The translations under genes were made by a program, and so were the position numbers. A model generated the notes under the pieces. That model was not told where the DNA came from. It saw only the letters and a program-made list of their open reading frames with translations, and did no database searches. 63,341 nt of DNA from a bacterium (GTDB lineage: Bacteria > Patescibacteriota > Gracilibacteria > Peribacterales > Peribacteraceae): the NCBI GenBank assembly GCA_027592135.1, contig JAQCIJ010000003.1:1-63341 (forward strand). Direction: 5' to 3'. The stretch's first letter is position 1, and every line of letters begins with the position of its first letter. Positions 1-11,516 of this stretch are shown here, piece by piece.

Positions 1-309
1 CTTGAACCTGCGCTTGAGCAAAATAGAAGGAATGCAATTCTTGGCGAGGTTTTGAAAACCGATCCGACGATTCATAGAATGAATTCCAGCATGTATCATG
101 ATGATGTTTCCACGTGTTCGTATTGGTTTGAAAACTCCGGTGAATTCAAGCGGTCTTGGGGCATTCGCAATGATACATATGTTTCTCCCGCCGTGTTTCG
201 CGATGGCGCATGGGTGGAACTGTCCGATCCTCTGAAAGATTCGCATATTGCGGATATGAATGAGCGGAAGGCAAAGAGGCTGCAACGCGAAAAAGAACGC
301 GGCAGTTGA
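1..309 (+). CDS. hypothetical protein, 5'-partial
   Basis: Frame is open from base 1 to TGA at 307-309; no recognisable motif. Confidence 0.6.
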   Translation, partial: LEPALEQNRRNAILGEVLKTDPTIHRMNSSMYHDDVSTCSYWFENSGEFKRSWGIRNDTYVSPAVFRDGAWVELSDPLKDSHIADMNERKAKRLQREKERGS

Positions 310-365
310 TCGCAATGGTTTTACGGAGGATACATCAGCGTACCGTTTGAGGTATTCTCATTTCC

Positions 366-1151
366 ATGCAGCTCTCCTTCTCTCAGCTCAACACCTACCA
401 GACCTGCCCCAAGCAATATGAATTTGCATGTGTAAAGAAAATCCCTCGACAGATTTCTGCTGGAGAGAGTTTTGGGAGCAGTGTGCATAACACCTTAAGT
501 AAGTGGGGAAAGTTAGAAGTGGATAGAGGAAAGAGAAAAGTGAAAAGTAATCAGCTGGCACTGTTTGCAGATGTTTCTGAAGAGACCCCCTTATCCCTTA
601 CTGCTAGCACCTTATCCCTATTATGGCATCAGTCATTCATCGTTCAAGGGTATGACAGTAAAGAAGATGCAGACAGTGCACGGAAAAAAGGAGAGGTACT
701 CATGCAGAAGTTTTTCGATTGGTGGGAGAAAGAGCAGCGAGAAGTACTAGTAATAGAAAAGGGGTTTTCGATAGAGGTAGATATCGATATTGTTAAAGGT
801 CGGTTCGACCGTATCGAACGTACAAATGGAAAACTGATCATTATCGACTATAAAACAGGAGGCATTCGCACACAGGAAGAAGTAGATACAGATCTCCAGC
901 TTTCTATTTATGCACTCGCATGCGAAGAGATACTCGGAGAGAAATGCGATGAGCTTGTGCTGATGTTTTTACAGGCAGATGGCATTACAGAAGTACATAC
1001 ATCACGTACAGAAGCACAGTTGAATACAGCTCGAGAAATTATTGGGTCCATATCAGAACGTATTGATGATGAGAATTTTGAGCCAACACCTTCGGAGTCT
1101 GCATGTAAACGTTGTCCTTACCGTGGTGTTTGTGCAGCTTCAGTTGTATGA
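366..1151 (+). CDS. PD-(D/E)XK nuclease family protein (RecB/AddB-like, probable Fe-S)
   Basis: N-terminal SFSQL..Y..CP, then GRFDRIE, IIDYKTG, QLSIYALA and C-terminal CKRCPYRGVC. Confidence 0.9.
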   Translation: MQLSFSQLNTYQTCPKQYEFACVKKIPRQISAGESFGSSVHNTLSKWGKLEVDRGKRKVKSNQLALFADVSEETPLSLTASTLSLLWHQSFIVQGYDSKEDADSARKKGEVLMQKFFDWWEKEQREVLVIEKGFSIEVDIDIVKGRFDRIERTNGKLIIIDYKTGGIRTQEEVDTDLQLSIYALACEEILGEKCDELVLMFLQADGITEVHTSRTEAQLNTAREIIGSISERIDDENFEPTPSESACKRCPYRGVCAASVV

Positions 1152-1160
1152 TGCGTGCCG

Positions 1161-1574
1161 ATGGATTACCTACAATTCCAACTGGCGACCTATCCGTTTA
1201 TTATTACCGTAACGGTGATGATTGCTGCAGAGATTACAAAGCATCTGTTTGAAGGTCTTACCAAAAATATTTGGTTCCAACATGGAGGAATGCCTAGTAG
1301 CCATAGTGCGTTTGTAACATCACTGATGATGGTGGTGGGTACGTACGACGGTATCGCTTCTACGACATTTGCCATTGCTACCGTGTTTGCCGGTATTGTT
1401 TGGTACGACGCTGCGTTTGTACGAAAGCAGGTAGGTCAGCAGGCAAAGGCTCTTAATATCTTGCAGCAACTCGAAGATTTCTCGGAGCGTGTAGGACATT
1501 CCACCGCAGAAGTGGCTGGAGGGATCCTCTTTGGAGGGTTTCTTACGTACTTCCTACTGACTTGGATCCAATAA
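1161..1574 (+). CDS. divergent PAP2 family (DUF212) membrane protein
   Basis: GGMPSSHSA, YDA..VR..VG.QA..LN and E.VGHS..EV.GG motifs; start is GTG 1155 or ATG 1161. Confidence 0.85.
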   Translation: MDYLQFQLATYPFIITVTVMIAAEITKHLFEGLTKNIWFQHGGMPSSHSAFVTSLMMVVGTYDGIASTTFAIATVFAGIVWYDAAFVRKQVGQQAKALNILQQLEDFSERVGHSTAEVAGGILFGGFLTYFLLTWIQ

Positions 1575-1593
1575 ATGAAGAAATGAAGCAATT

Positions 1594-1625
1594 TTGAAAT
1601 CCTGAAAATATTTTTAGGATTTCAA
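1594..1625. repeat. palindrome built of 8-mers, copy 1
   Basis: TTGAAATCCTGAAAA-TAT-TTTTAGGATTTCAA-type inverted repeat; near-identical element at 34443-34485. Confidence 0.7.
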
Positions 1626-1662
1626 CATTTCAACATTGAGTAATTTTCAGTACTCTACTGAT

Positions 1663-2916
1663 ATGTATCTCTCTCAACTCTTTACAAAGACTTCCAAAGA
1701 CACGCACGCCGATGCGAGCTCTATTAATGCAGACTTGTTGACTAGAGCTGGTTTTATCCATAAAACAATGGCTGGGGTATATTCCTACCTTCCCCTTGGA
1801 CTTGTTGTCCTTCGCAAGATCGAAAATATTGTTCGTGAAGAGATGAATGCAATTGGTGGACAAGAAATCTTAATGTCTGGTCTTTCGCCAAAAGAAAGTT
1901 GGGTAAAAAGTGGCCGATGGGAAGGATTTGATGCGCTGTTTAAAATGCCAGCTGCAGGAGACACCGAATATGGTCTTAATCCAACACACGAGGAGGTGAT
2001 TACTCCACTCGTAAAAAACTTTGTGCAGTCGTATAAAGATTTGCCATTTGGTGCGTATCAGATCCAAACAAAGTTTCGGAATGAACCTCGTGCGAAGTCT
2101 GGTGTTTTACGTGGTCGTGAGTTTTTGATGAAAGACTTGTATTCGTTTCATGCAGACCAAGAAGATCTGGATGATTACTACGAAGTCGTGCACGGTGCGT
2201 ACGATAAGATCTTTGAGCGGCTTGGACTTTCTGATATTACATATTACACGTATGCATCTGGAGGGTCTTTCTCCAAGTTCTCTCATGAGTTTCAAGTGGC
2301 ACTCAAACAAGGGGAGGATAGTATATTTGTGAGTATAGAAGCTGAGAAGCAGGGAAAGCGTATCGCTATCAATAAAGAAATATATGAAGCAGGGGCAACG
2401 GAGTGCCCAGAAACAGGAGCAAAAGATTTTCGCGAAGAGCGTGCATCCGAAGCGGCGAATATCTTTAAACTTGGGACAAAGTTCTCAGAGCCTTTTGATT
2501 TGCAATACACCGATGCAGAAGGAAAGCAGTACCCAATCCCTATGGGATGTTATGGCATAGGCGTATCACGCCTACTCGGTATTGTGGTAGAGGCACTTGC
2601 TGATGACAATGGAATGCGATGGCCAGAGAATTTAGCTCCAGCTGCAGTACATATTGTGCCAATTGCAAAATCCGAAGACGATGTCGCCTATCAAGAAGCA
2701 GTTGCTCTGTATTCAAAACTGATCAAAGCAGGAACATCTGCCATCATCGATGATCGCTTTGGTGCATCTGTTGGAGCAAAACTTGCGGATGCAGATCTAA
2801 TTGGATGCCCTAAGCGCGTCGTGATTTCGCCAAAAACTCTCGATGCAGAGGGTGCAGAGGTGAAAGATCGTATGACGGGGGAGGTGACGATGCAGGCGAT
2901 AGCATCAATTATCTGA
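1663..2916 (+). CDS. proS: proline--tRNA ligase (short form without INS editing domain)
   Basis: LTRAGFI..TMAGVYSYLPLG, PTHEE, QIQTKFRNEPR...G.LRGREFLMKDLYSF, MGCYGIGVSR. ATG 1663 is preferred (TACTCT-N6-ATG). Confidence 0.97.
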   Translation: MYLSQLFTKTSKDTHADASSINADLLTRAGFIHKTMAGVYSYLPLGLVVLRKIENIVREEMNAIGGQEILMSGLSPKESWVKSGRWEGFDALFKMPAAGDTEYGLNPTHEEVITPLVKNFVQSYKDLPFGAYQIQTKFRNEPRAKSGVLRGREFLMKDLYSFHADQEDLDDYYEVVHGAYDKIFERLGLSDITYYTYASGGSFSKFSHEFQVALKQGEDSIFVSIEAEKQGKRIAINKEIYEAGATECPETGAKDFREERASEAANIFKLGTKFSEPFDLQYTDAEGKQYPIPMGCYGIGVSRLLGIVVEALADDNGMRWPENLAPAAVHIVPIAKSEDDVAYQEAVALYSKLIKAGTSAIIDDRFGASVGAKLADADLIGCPKRVVISPKTLDAEGAEVKDRMTGEVTMQAIASII

Positions 2917-3096
2917 TTTCTCTCTCATATTTTTCCTGATATCTGGGGGAGTAAGTACATGAAAGATTCTTGCAAGCCATTTGCGTGGATCTATCGAAAC
3001 TCCGGAGTTGCCTTCTATTTGCTTTGGTAAAAATATTGTTCTTAATGGCGATTCTGCTTTTTCTTCAGATCCCTGTGGCTCTCCATTAGTACTCAT
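2905..3096 (-). CDS. small hypothetical protein
   Basis: 63-aa ORF filling the gap after proS; no motif. Confidence 0.4.
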   Translation of the reverse strand: MSTNGEPQGSEEKAESPLRTIFLPKQIEGNSGVSIDPRKWLARIFHVLTPPDIRKNMREKSDN

Positions 3097-3175
3097 AGTT
3101 ATATAGTTTACCATTCATTCTATTTCAGACGTAACATATCTCGCATTGTATTTCTCTCTGATGTATAATGAGGCC

Positions 3176-3577
3176 ATGAAAAAATTCTCTCTCCTTATCG
3201 GAACGCTCGGTGGCGCTACAGCTGGATACTTATTTAGCAACAAGAAGCTCCGTGATCAGCTTACAAATGCGAAAGATGCAGAAGAAGCTGCTCGTATACT
3301 CGGAAAGCATTTGCAGAAAGATGGAAAGAAGCTAGGAAAGCAGATTCAAGAATTTATTGAGAGTGAAGATGTACAAAAGAACTTTGCCAAAGCAAAGAAA
3401 TACGCAAAAGACACTGTTGATGAGGCACAGGCACAATTAGCAGGAACGGTAACCACAAAAATTACGAAAGCAAAGAAAAAAGCAAAATCTACAGTAAAGA
3501 AAGCTGTAAAGACTACCAAGGCCAAAGCAAAGAAAGCTACGAATAGAATGAAAACAAAAGTACGAAAACTCTCTTAG
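3176..3577 (+). CDS. hypothetical protein with N-terminal membrane anchor and Lys/Ala-rich (histone H1-like) tail
   Basis: MKKFSLLIGTLGGATAGYLF then a KAKKKAKSTVKKAVKTTKAKAKK tail; TATAAT-N6-ATG at 3164-3178. Confidence 0.75.
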   Translation: MKKFSLLIGTLGGATAGYLFSNKKLRDQLTNAKDAEEAARILGKHLQKDGKKLGKQIQEFIESEDVQKNFAKAKKYAKDTVDEAQAQLAGTVTTKITKAKKKAKSTVKKAVKTTKAKAKKATNRMKTKVRKLS

Positions 3578-3648
3578 TGTTTCCCTTGCTTATCTATTAC
3601 TAAAGACGTAGATTACGTCTCCTATATATTTTTTAACTCGTTAGTAAC

Positions 3649-4167
3649 ATGAAGATCACGCACTCACTCATCTCCGCTACATCAGCACTTGCACTTTTTG
3701 CTGGAAGTGTTTCCCCGGCTCTCGCGTACCGACGCGCAGAACCACCTGTACCTACTACTGTTCTTCGTCAGCGCGAAGAGATACGCAATCTGTATGCAGA
3801 TGCGTACTCGTCTATCCTCGAGCTTTCAAGCTCTTTCCGAGGAGTGGCTGCCAGTGACACTACTGGTCGTTCTATGCTTGCACGTTCTCAAGTTCGTGCT
3901 GCACAGCGCAACTACCGCCGTCACGTTCTTGGTTACCTCCGAGGAGTAGATTACCGTGTCTTAAACGTTGCTGGTGACACTCGTCGCCAAAACGGTGCCG
4001 TTGCTACAAAATCTTCACTTCCATTCAGTCTTATACAGACAGGTGGAAACAGTGATAACAATGGTTCATGGATGTGGGATCGTCCAACACGTCGTGATAT
4101 CCGTTCTAATTCTCACTACGGTTGCATTAACGATCGTGACATCGATATTCTTGGCTCAGGCTGCTAA
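3649..4167 (+). CDS. secreted Arg-rich hypothetical protein
   Basis: Signal peptide ending ...SPALA; followed by a terminator. Confidence 0.75.
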   Translation: MKITHSLISATSALALFAGSVSPALAYRRAEPPVPTTVLRQREEIRNLYADAYSSILELSSSFRGVAASDTTGRSMLARSQVRAAQRNYRRHVLGYLRGVDYRVLNVAGDTRRQNGAVATKSSLPFSLIQTGGNSDNNGSWMWDRPTRRDIRSNSHYGCINDRDIDILGSGC

Positions 4168-4187
4168 GTACTTCATGCTTGTTATTA

Positions 4188-4219
4188 AAGACCACCCATC
4201 TTCGGAAGGGTGGTTTTTT
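4188..4219 (+). terminator. intrinsic terminator
   Basis: AAGACCACCC-ATCTTCGGAA-GGGTGGTTTT followed by T run. Confidence 0.8.
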
Positions 4220-4296
4220 ATAGAAAACAGCTTGTTTGACTCTGGCACAGGCTTTCGTAGTGCTATACACTATCCGAGAATTTCCCCAATTGACTT

Positions 4297-6384
4297 ATGT
4301 TTCCCGTATTTGCAGATTCGTTTAGTAATTCTCTCGTAACAATCCTCTCGTCCGGAGTCCTTGCACTACTGACAGCGGCTATATTCCGTATTCTTATTAG
4401 TATGCGCAGTGCAGGAACAGAAAAGATGCAGAAGATTGCGAACCAGGTACGTATTGGTGCTATGGCATTCTTACGCCGTGAGTACCGTGTTATCGGTATC
4501 TTTGTTGTGATCGTCGGCGCACTGTTGTACGCCTTTCTTGATACTGGTATTGAGAATGTTAGATTGCAGAACTGGGGTGCACCGACAACATCTGGTAGTT
4601 TCGTTCTTGGAGCACTTTGTAGTGTTCTTGCTGGATTCATTGGCATGCGCACAGCTACAGCTGCCAACGTTCGTACGACACAAGCTGCTCGTACAAACCT
4701 AGGGTCTGCACTTCGGGTTGCATTCCTTTCTGGTGCTACGATGGGTCTTTCTGTTGTAGGGCTTGGTCTTATTGGTTTTGTTGGAGCGATGCTATATCTC
4801 ATGCAGACTATGGGACTCAGTCTTGGTGACACATTGCAGGCACTTACTGGATTCTCCTTTGGAGCGTCTACCGTTGCGTTGTTTGCTCGTGTTGGAGGAG
4901 GAATCTTTACCAAAGCTGCAGATGTAGGAGGAGACTTAGTAGGAAAAGTAGAACAGGGAATCCCAGAGGATGACCCAAGAAACCCTGCAACTATCGCAGA
5001 TAGCGTTGGAGACAACGTTGGTGATGTTGCTGGAATGGGAGCCGACCTCTTCGAAAGTTATGTTGGTTCTATCCTTGCTGCAATGCTTATTGGAATGACT
5101 GTCGAGTGGGGAAGCACCGAAGTTGCTGTGCTCTTTCCTTTGTATATTTCAGCGCTTGGAGTAGTCGCTTCTATTATTGGTACCTTTGCTGTTCGTACGG
5201 CAAAAGGTAGCTCAAATATTCATGGGGCTCTAAAGAACGGATTATTCCTCGCTTCTGCCATTGTTGTTGCTGGAACATTCTTCTTGGCAAACAACATGCT
5301 TCCAGAAGCAGTGTGGCTTGGTATTTATATTGCAATGATTAGTGGATTGGTTGTTGGATTAGTTATCGGACTTCTTACAGAGTACTACACCTCCGATCAC
5401 TACAAGCCGGTTAAGGAACTTGCTGCATCCAGTAACACCGGTGCTGGAACGATTATTATTGCAGGGCTTGCACTTGGATACAGCTCTACATTCCTCCCAG
5501 TACTCTTTATTACTATTGCTATTGGAGTAGCGTACAGCTTTGCTGGTCTCTACGGTATTGCTATCTCTGCTGTGGGAATGCTTTCGACACTTGGGATCTC
5601 TTTGGCAGTTGATGCATACGGTCCAGTTGCAGATAATGCTGGAGGTCTTGCAGAAATGGCAGGTCTTCCAAAGCAGGTACGTGCTCGAACAGATACATTA
5701 GACTCTGCAGGAAACACTACAGCTGCTATTGGAAAAGGATTCGCTATTGGGTCTGCAGCCCTTACTGCCCTTGCATTGCTTTCTGCTTTTGCAACTTCAG
5801 CAGGTCTTGAATCTATTAATCTTATGAATCCAAACACACTTATTGGTCTCTTACTTGGAGGAACACTTCCATACATTTTCTCTGCAATGACCATGAATGC
5901 CGTTGGACGTGCTGCGTACTCTGTTATCGAAGAGGTGCGCAGACAATTCAAGGAAATCAAGGGACTCATGGAAGGTACTGCAGAACCAGATGCTGCGCGA
6001 TGCGTTGATATTGTGACTGCATCTGCTCTTAAAGAGATGATGGTTCCTGGTGTTATCGCTGTTGTATCTCCTATCGCCATTGGACTTTTGCTTGGTTCAG
6101 AAGCTCTTGGAGGAATGCTGGCTGGAGCACTGGTCTCTGGTGTATTGCTCGCTATCTCTATGGCTAACAGTGGTGGAGCTTGGGACAATGCGAAGAAGTA
6201 CATCGAAGCGGGAAACCTTGGAGGAAAAGGAAGTGATGCTCATAAAGCAGCAGTTGTTGGAGACACCGTAGGAGACCCATTCAAAGATACTTCTGGTCCC
6301 TCTATTAATATCCTCGTAAAGCTGATGACTGTGGTTTCTGTTCTTACCGTTAGCCTCTACTCGGCAACAGGACTAATTGGGTAA
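4297..6384 (+). CDS. hppA: membrane-bound Na+/H+-translocating pyrophosphatase, K+-stimulated type
   Basis: GGGIFTKAADVGGDLVGKVE.GIPEDDPRNPA, DNAGGLAEM, GNTTAAIGKG (Ala variant = K+-dependent), GGAWDNAKKYIE, GDTVGDPFKDTSGP. Confidence 0.96.
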   Translation: MFPVFADSFSNSLVTILSSGVLALLTAAIFRILISMRSAGTEKMQKIANQVRIGAMAFLRREYRVIGIFVVIVGALLYAFLDTGIENVRLQNWGAPTTSGSFVLGALCSVLAGFIGMRTATAANVRTTQAARTNLGSALRVAFLSGATMGLSVVGLGLIGFVGAMLYLMQTMGLSLGDTLQALTGFSFGASTVALFARVGGGIFTKAADVGGDLVGKVEQGIPEDDPRNPATIADSVGDNVGDVAGMGADLFESYVGSILAAMLIGMTVEWGSTEVAVLFPLYISALGVVASIIGTFAVRTAKGSSNIHGALKNGLFLASAIVVAGTFFLANNMLPEAVWLGIYIAMISGLVVGLVIGLLTEYYTSDHYKPVKELAASSNTGAGTIIIAGLALGYSSTFLPVLFITIAIGVAYSFAGLYGIAISAVGMLSTLGISLAVDAYGPVADNAGGLAEMAGLPKQVRARTDTLDSAGNTTAAIGKGFAIGSAALTALALLSAFATSAGLESINLMNPNTLIGLLLGGTLPYIFSAMTMNAVGRAAYSVIEEVRRQFKEIKGLMEGTAEPDAARCVDIVTASALKEMMVPGVIAVVSPIAIGLLLGSEALGGMLAGALVSGVLLAISMANSGGAWDNAKKYIEAGNLGGKGSDAHKAAVVGDTVGDPFKDTSGPSINILVKLMTVVSVLTVSLYSATGLIG

Positions 6385-6403
6385 TATCCATTAATTGATA
6401 TCT

Positions 6404-6429
6404 AAAAGCGCTCGAAAGGGCGCTTTTTT
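6404..6429 (+). terminator. intrinsic terminator of hppA
   Basis: AAAAGCGC-TCGAAAGG-GCGCTTTTTT. Confidence 0.8.
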
Positions 6430-6468
6430 GATTGCAGAGCCATTTTAAGGGCACTAAGATCATATCTT

Positions 6469-8934
6469 ATGGTAGCAAAACCCCGTACGTATGGCGTAGC
6501 AATTGAGAGTATCGATACTCCTGATGATGGGATTGAATATGATGATTCAAAATATCATGCTCCGTATCTTGATGTATCTTTGCGGACATTGATAGAAGAT
6601 GACGAGGGGCGCGCATTATTTGGTCAGGCTTTTGAAGAGGGTGAAGATGTGCGTATGATTATTAGTTCACGCAGCGGGTGGGCTCGATTTGGTGTTGAGC
6701 TCGATGCTAATTTGATTGATATTGAGGAACTTGATAGTCGTATCATAGAAATACAGGCGCGTATTTATGCTCTTTCTAAAGAGGCAAGAGCATCATTCCT
6801 TTCTGTGCTTGCAGAAGAAGTACACACAGGCCAGCTTGTAAATGCTGGGTCATTAATACTTCTTCCACAAAGTGCGCGAATGACAAAAGAAGAAATAGCG
6901 CAGGCAATAAAGGAGAAGAAAATACTTCTCCCAGATGGAGCTGTTCTTACAGAAGATGGGAGAGTACTTATACCTATAGGTCCAGTGCATTATGAGACAG
7001 ATAGAAATCGTCGTATTTTGCGTGATGAAGTACGTAGAGTACTTGTGGAGGGGAAACATGCTCTTGATGGTATTCAGTCTCCAAAGCCAGGGTATCCAGA
7101 TGGGCAAAAAGATTTTGTTATCGGTGGTATTTCGGTTTCTCTTGGCTCTAAGATGGGTGTCTTATTGCAGGATGTACTGACTTTGAAAGATGATGGAGAA
7201 GAACAACCAACTAATTTTGAGCAGCTTAGTTCAGTACGACTTGATGAGTATCGAACCACAGGTTTTACTGATCTTACAGATTCAGATCCCAATTTCGATT
7301 GCGTTCGTCAGCTGGAATTACGTAAGACACATGGAGAAGATGATGGAGAAAACGACTTAGGTAAGGCGTATGTTCAAATGGAGATGTATCACACGGGCCC
7401 AGAAAGGCTTCCTATCACAGAGCGTGTTAACAGAGAGGGGTTAAGCCTTTTTGATTCTAGCCTCATTCGTGATCCTGAATTACTGGGTTCCGTCATGTCA
7501 CAACTTTCTATAGATAGCGATTTTAAAGATATTGGTATGTTTATCGGTCCAGGACGAGCAGTGTCTGTTCCCTATATAAAAGACAAGCAGCAGCAAGATG
7601 CTGAGATTCGTAATACTGCACTTCCAACGTTTCGAGCAGATAGCGACCCTGATGCGAATATTCTTCTTCGTGGAAATGCACTATCACCTGCAGTTCGCAC
7701 ATTAGCGGAAGAAGTTCTCGTCGATATTGGAGGTAGTCAACGTGCATCAAAAATGTATGCCACTCCCCAATTCCGTCTAGATATGCATGAGATGTATTCC
7801 GATGGTATTGGTATTTTTGTATCAAATGGATTACAGCATAAAAATGGTAGTGGAAAAGACGGAGAGGATTCTCGTCAGTACTTTACAGGCACAGAACATC
7901 ATGAGTTTCGTCAGTTGGCTGATAGAGGAGCACTAATTTGCAAACACACTATGGATCCAGATAAGAACGAGCCACACCTTGAGGTCTTCAAAAATGGTTT
8001 TTGGATAGATCCAGATCTACTAGAACGTTTTCAGAAAATATCAACATACATTGCTATGTATGGAACGCATAAAGATGAATTTATGGGGCCATTACTTGAG
8101 AGAGGGAACTTGCCAAACTTTATGGATCGCATGAACAAGCTATTTGATGGCGAAGGAGGAATAATACACGGAAAGGGGGTTGGATTTATGGGTGCAGTTA
8201 GCGTTGCGGCGAAAGAGAGTGGTATGTGGCAATCTGCTGTTGGAATTAATGCAGGCGCCAAAGGGCAAGGGTCTTCCTATGGTCAGGAGGCTTCCGTAGT
8301 ATTTGCGGCTGAAGATCGTTTGGATAGACAAAAGATGATGGATGACATGGCTACCTTCAAGATATTTGGTATTGGTGGTGGTGGAACATTAGAGGAGGCA
8401 GCGATAACAATTTGCTCTCAAAAACTGTTTAACCAAGTGCCTACCCCATTGATATTTGTAGACTTTATGCAGGAATATCGTGGGGATACAGATCATCTCT
8501 GGGAAGATCTGCGCAAACTTGTTGGCCGTTTCGCTGCAGGACAAACTCTTACATCACCAGATGGAAGTTCTGGAAAATTGCCCGAAGGCCAAGATAGTGG
8601 CAAACTTCTTAGCCTCATTGATGCGTGGGTTCCTCATAACATTAAGCTTGTTGATAGATTTGGTGCTGATGAGCAGAGTATTCGAGAAGAGGATAATTTG
8701 TCAGCTGCGACTATTATTGAGCAGTTCCATGCAAATCCTCAGCATTATTGGAAGCAGATTGGCGTTTTGCCTAGTAATTGGGGGCAGTACGATGAACTAG
8801 ATGACTCTGGTCGCTTACTGATAAATAAGCTTCAAATGTCCTATGATTCAATGCAAGAGACATTCGCAGAACGTGGTATTTCGTTCCCTCAATGGCTTTC
8901 TCAGCATAATCCAGAGGAAGTTCTAGGTGCATAG
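6469..8934 (+). CDS. large protein with C-terminal LOG/SLOG-like nucleotide-binding domain
   Basis: HGKGVGFMGAV...A, R..RQKMMD, FGIGGGGTLEE (compare LOG PGGxGTxEE), PLIFVD...LW..L. The N-terminal ~520 aa are unassigned. Confidence 0.7.
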   Translation: MVAKPRTYGVAIESIDTPDDGIEYDDSKYHAPYLDVSLRTLIEDDEGRALFGQAFEEGEDVRMIISSRSGWARFGVELDANLIDIEELDSRIIEIQARIYALSKEARASFLSVLAEEVHTGQLVNAGSLILLPQSARMTKEEIAQAIKEKKILLPDGAVLTEDGRVLIPIGPVHYETDRNRRILRDEVRRVLVEGKHALDGIQSPKPGYPDGQKDFVIGGISVSLGSKMGVLLQDVLTLKDDGEEQPTNFEQLSSVRLDEYRTTGFTDLTDSDPNFDCVRQLELRKTHGEDDGENDLGKAYVQMEMYHTGPERLPITERVNREGLSLFDSSLIRDPELLGSVMSQLSIDSDFKDIGMFIGPGRAVSVPYIKDKQQQDAEIRNTALPTFRADSDPDANILLRGNALSPAVRTLAEEVLVDIGGSQRASKMYATPQFRLDMHEMYSDGIGIFVSNGLQHKNGSGKDGEDSRQYFTGTEHHEFRQLADRGALICKHTMDPDKNEPHLEVFKNGFWIDPDLLERFQKISTYIAMYGTHKDEFMGPLLERGNLPNFMDRMNKLFDGEGGIIHGKGVGFMGAVSVAAKESGMWQSAVGINAGAKGQGSSYGQEASVVFAAEDRLDRQKMMDDMATFKIFGIGGGGTLEEAAITICSQKLFNQVPTPLIFVDFMQEYRGDTDHLWEDLRKLVGRFAAGQTLTSPDGSSGKLPEGQDSGKLLSLIDAWVPHNIKLVDRFGADEQSIREEDNLSAATIIEQFHANPQHYWKQIGVLPSNWGQYDELDDSGRLLINKLQMSYDSMQETFAERGISFPQWLSQHNPEEVLGA

Positions 8935-10704
<1,770 letters not shown>

Positions 10705-10705
10705 G

Positions 10706-11482
10706 TTATCGCGGTAGTCCAAAGAGATATTTACCTTTGTATTTCGCAAGCATTTGGAGCACTTTCAGTCCTCCTGCTTTTAGAATCTGTTTGCCTGTAG
10801 CAATGGATTCCCGAAACCCTGGTCTGCTTACACGCATTCTATGACGTTTACGTTCGAGTCGTAGCTTTGTCAGTATATCTTCTGGGGCAAGATCTTTGTC
10901 GTCTTGTATAGTATTATCAGTTGATGTGTATTGGCCATATTCATTGATATGACTATCTCCTCCAGCAATAAGCTTGAGCCTCATTTTTCTGGCAAATTCT
11001 TTTGCGATGCGGTTGATACGGGATGTCATTCTTCCATTGAGTTCTACAAGAGGGTCATGACGAGCTAATTCGTTTTGGTCGCTTAGAGAAAGCATCGTAA
11101 CACCTTCGAGTGTTCCAGGATGAGGAAGGATCACTTCGTGACCCATTTCTCGTGCCAGTCCGACAAGTTTTACTGCACTGATATTCATCTCTCCAAAGAT
11201 AGGATTATTTGGATCGACTCGATGCTCTAGTTCATAATCAAATAATTCTAGTACGGCTTCTCGTTGACCACAGACTAATATATCTACACCTTCTTGGGTT
11301 TTTACTTCTATGCCCGCACCAATCATTTGTGAAGTAAATTCCCTATGGGCTTCGACAGAATTGTGGTCTGTAACGATTATTTTTGTACGCCTACTTTTGG
11401 CAATCTCTTCAATTTGTTCTATTAAGAGCTCTCCGTCACTAGCAGTGGAATGTGCATGAGGATTAAGTCGCTGTTTTATCAT
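10706..11482 (-). CDS. PHP domain metallophosphoesterase
   Basis: HAHSTASDG, VTDHN, G.EV, PHP and GGDSH motifs. Confidence 0.8.
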   Translation of the reverse strand: MIKQRLNPHAHSTASDGELLIEQIEEIAKSRRTKIIVTDHNSVEAHREFTSQMIGAGIEVKTQEGVDILVCGQREAVLELFDYELEHRVDPNNPIFGEMNISAVKLVGLAREMGHEVILPHPGTLEGVTMLSLSDQNELARHDPLVELNGRMTSRINRIAKEFARKMRLKLIAGGDSHINEYGQYTSTDNTIQDDKDLAPEDILTKLRLERKRHRMRVSRPGFRESIATGKQILKAGGLKVLQMLAKYKGKYLFGLPR

Positions 11483-11516
11483 ACTTTTTCACTATACTCT
11501 TTGGTATGCTTTTTGC

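Noticed and set aside
366-1151. Cas4 or CRISPR locus
   Set aside because: The nuclease is Cas4/RecB-like, but I found no cas genes and no repeat-spacer array in the window.
4263-6203. Long antisense ORFs over hppA, and similar ones over pnp, valS and pcrA
   Set aside because: Shadow frames of strongly conserved genes.
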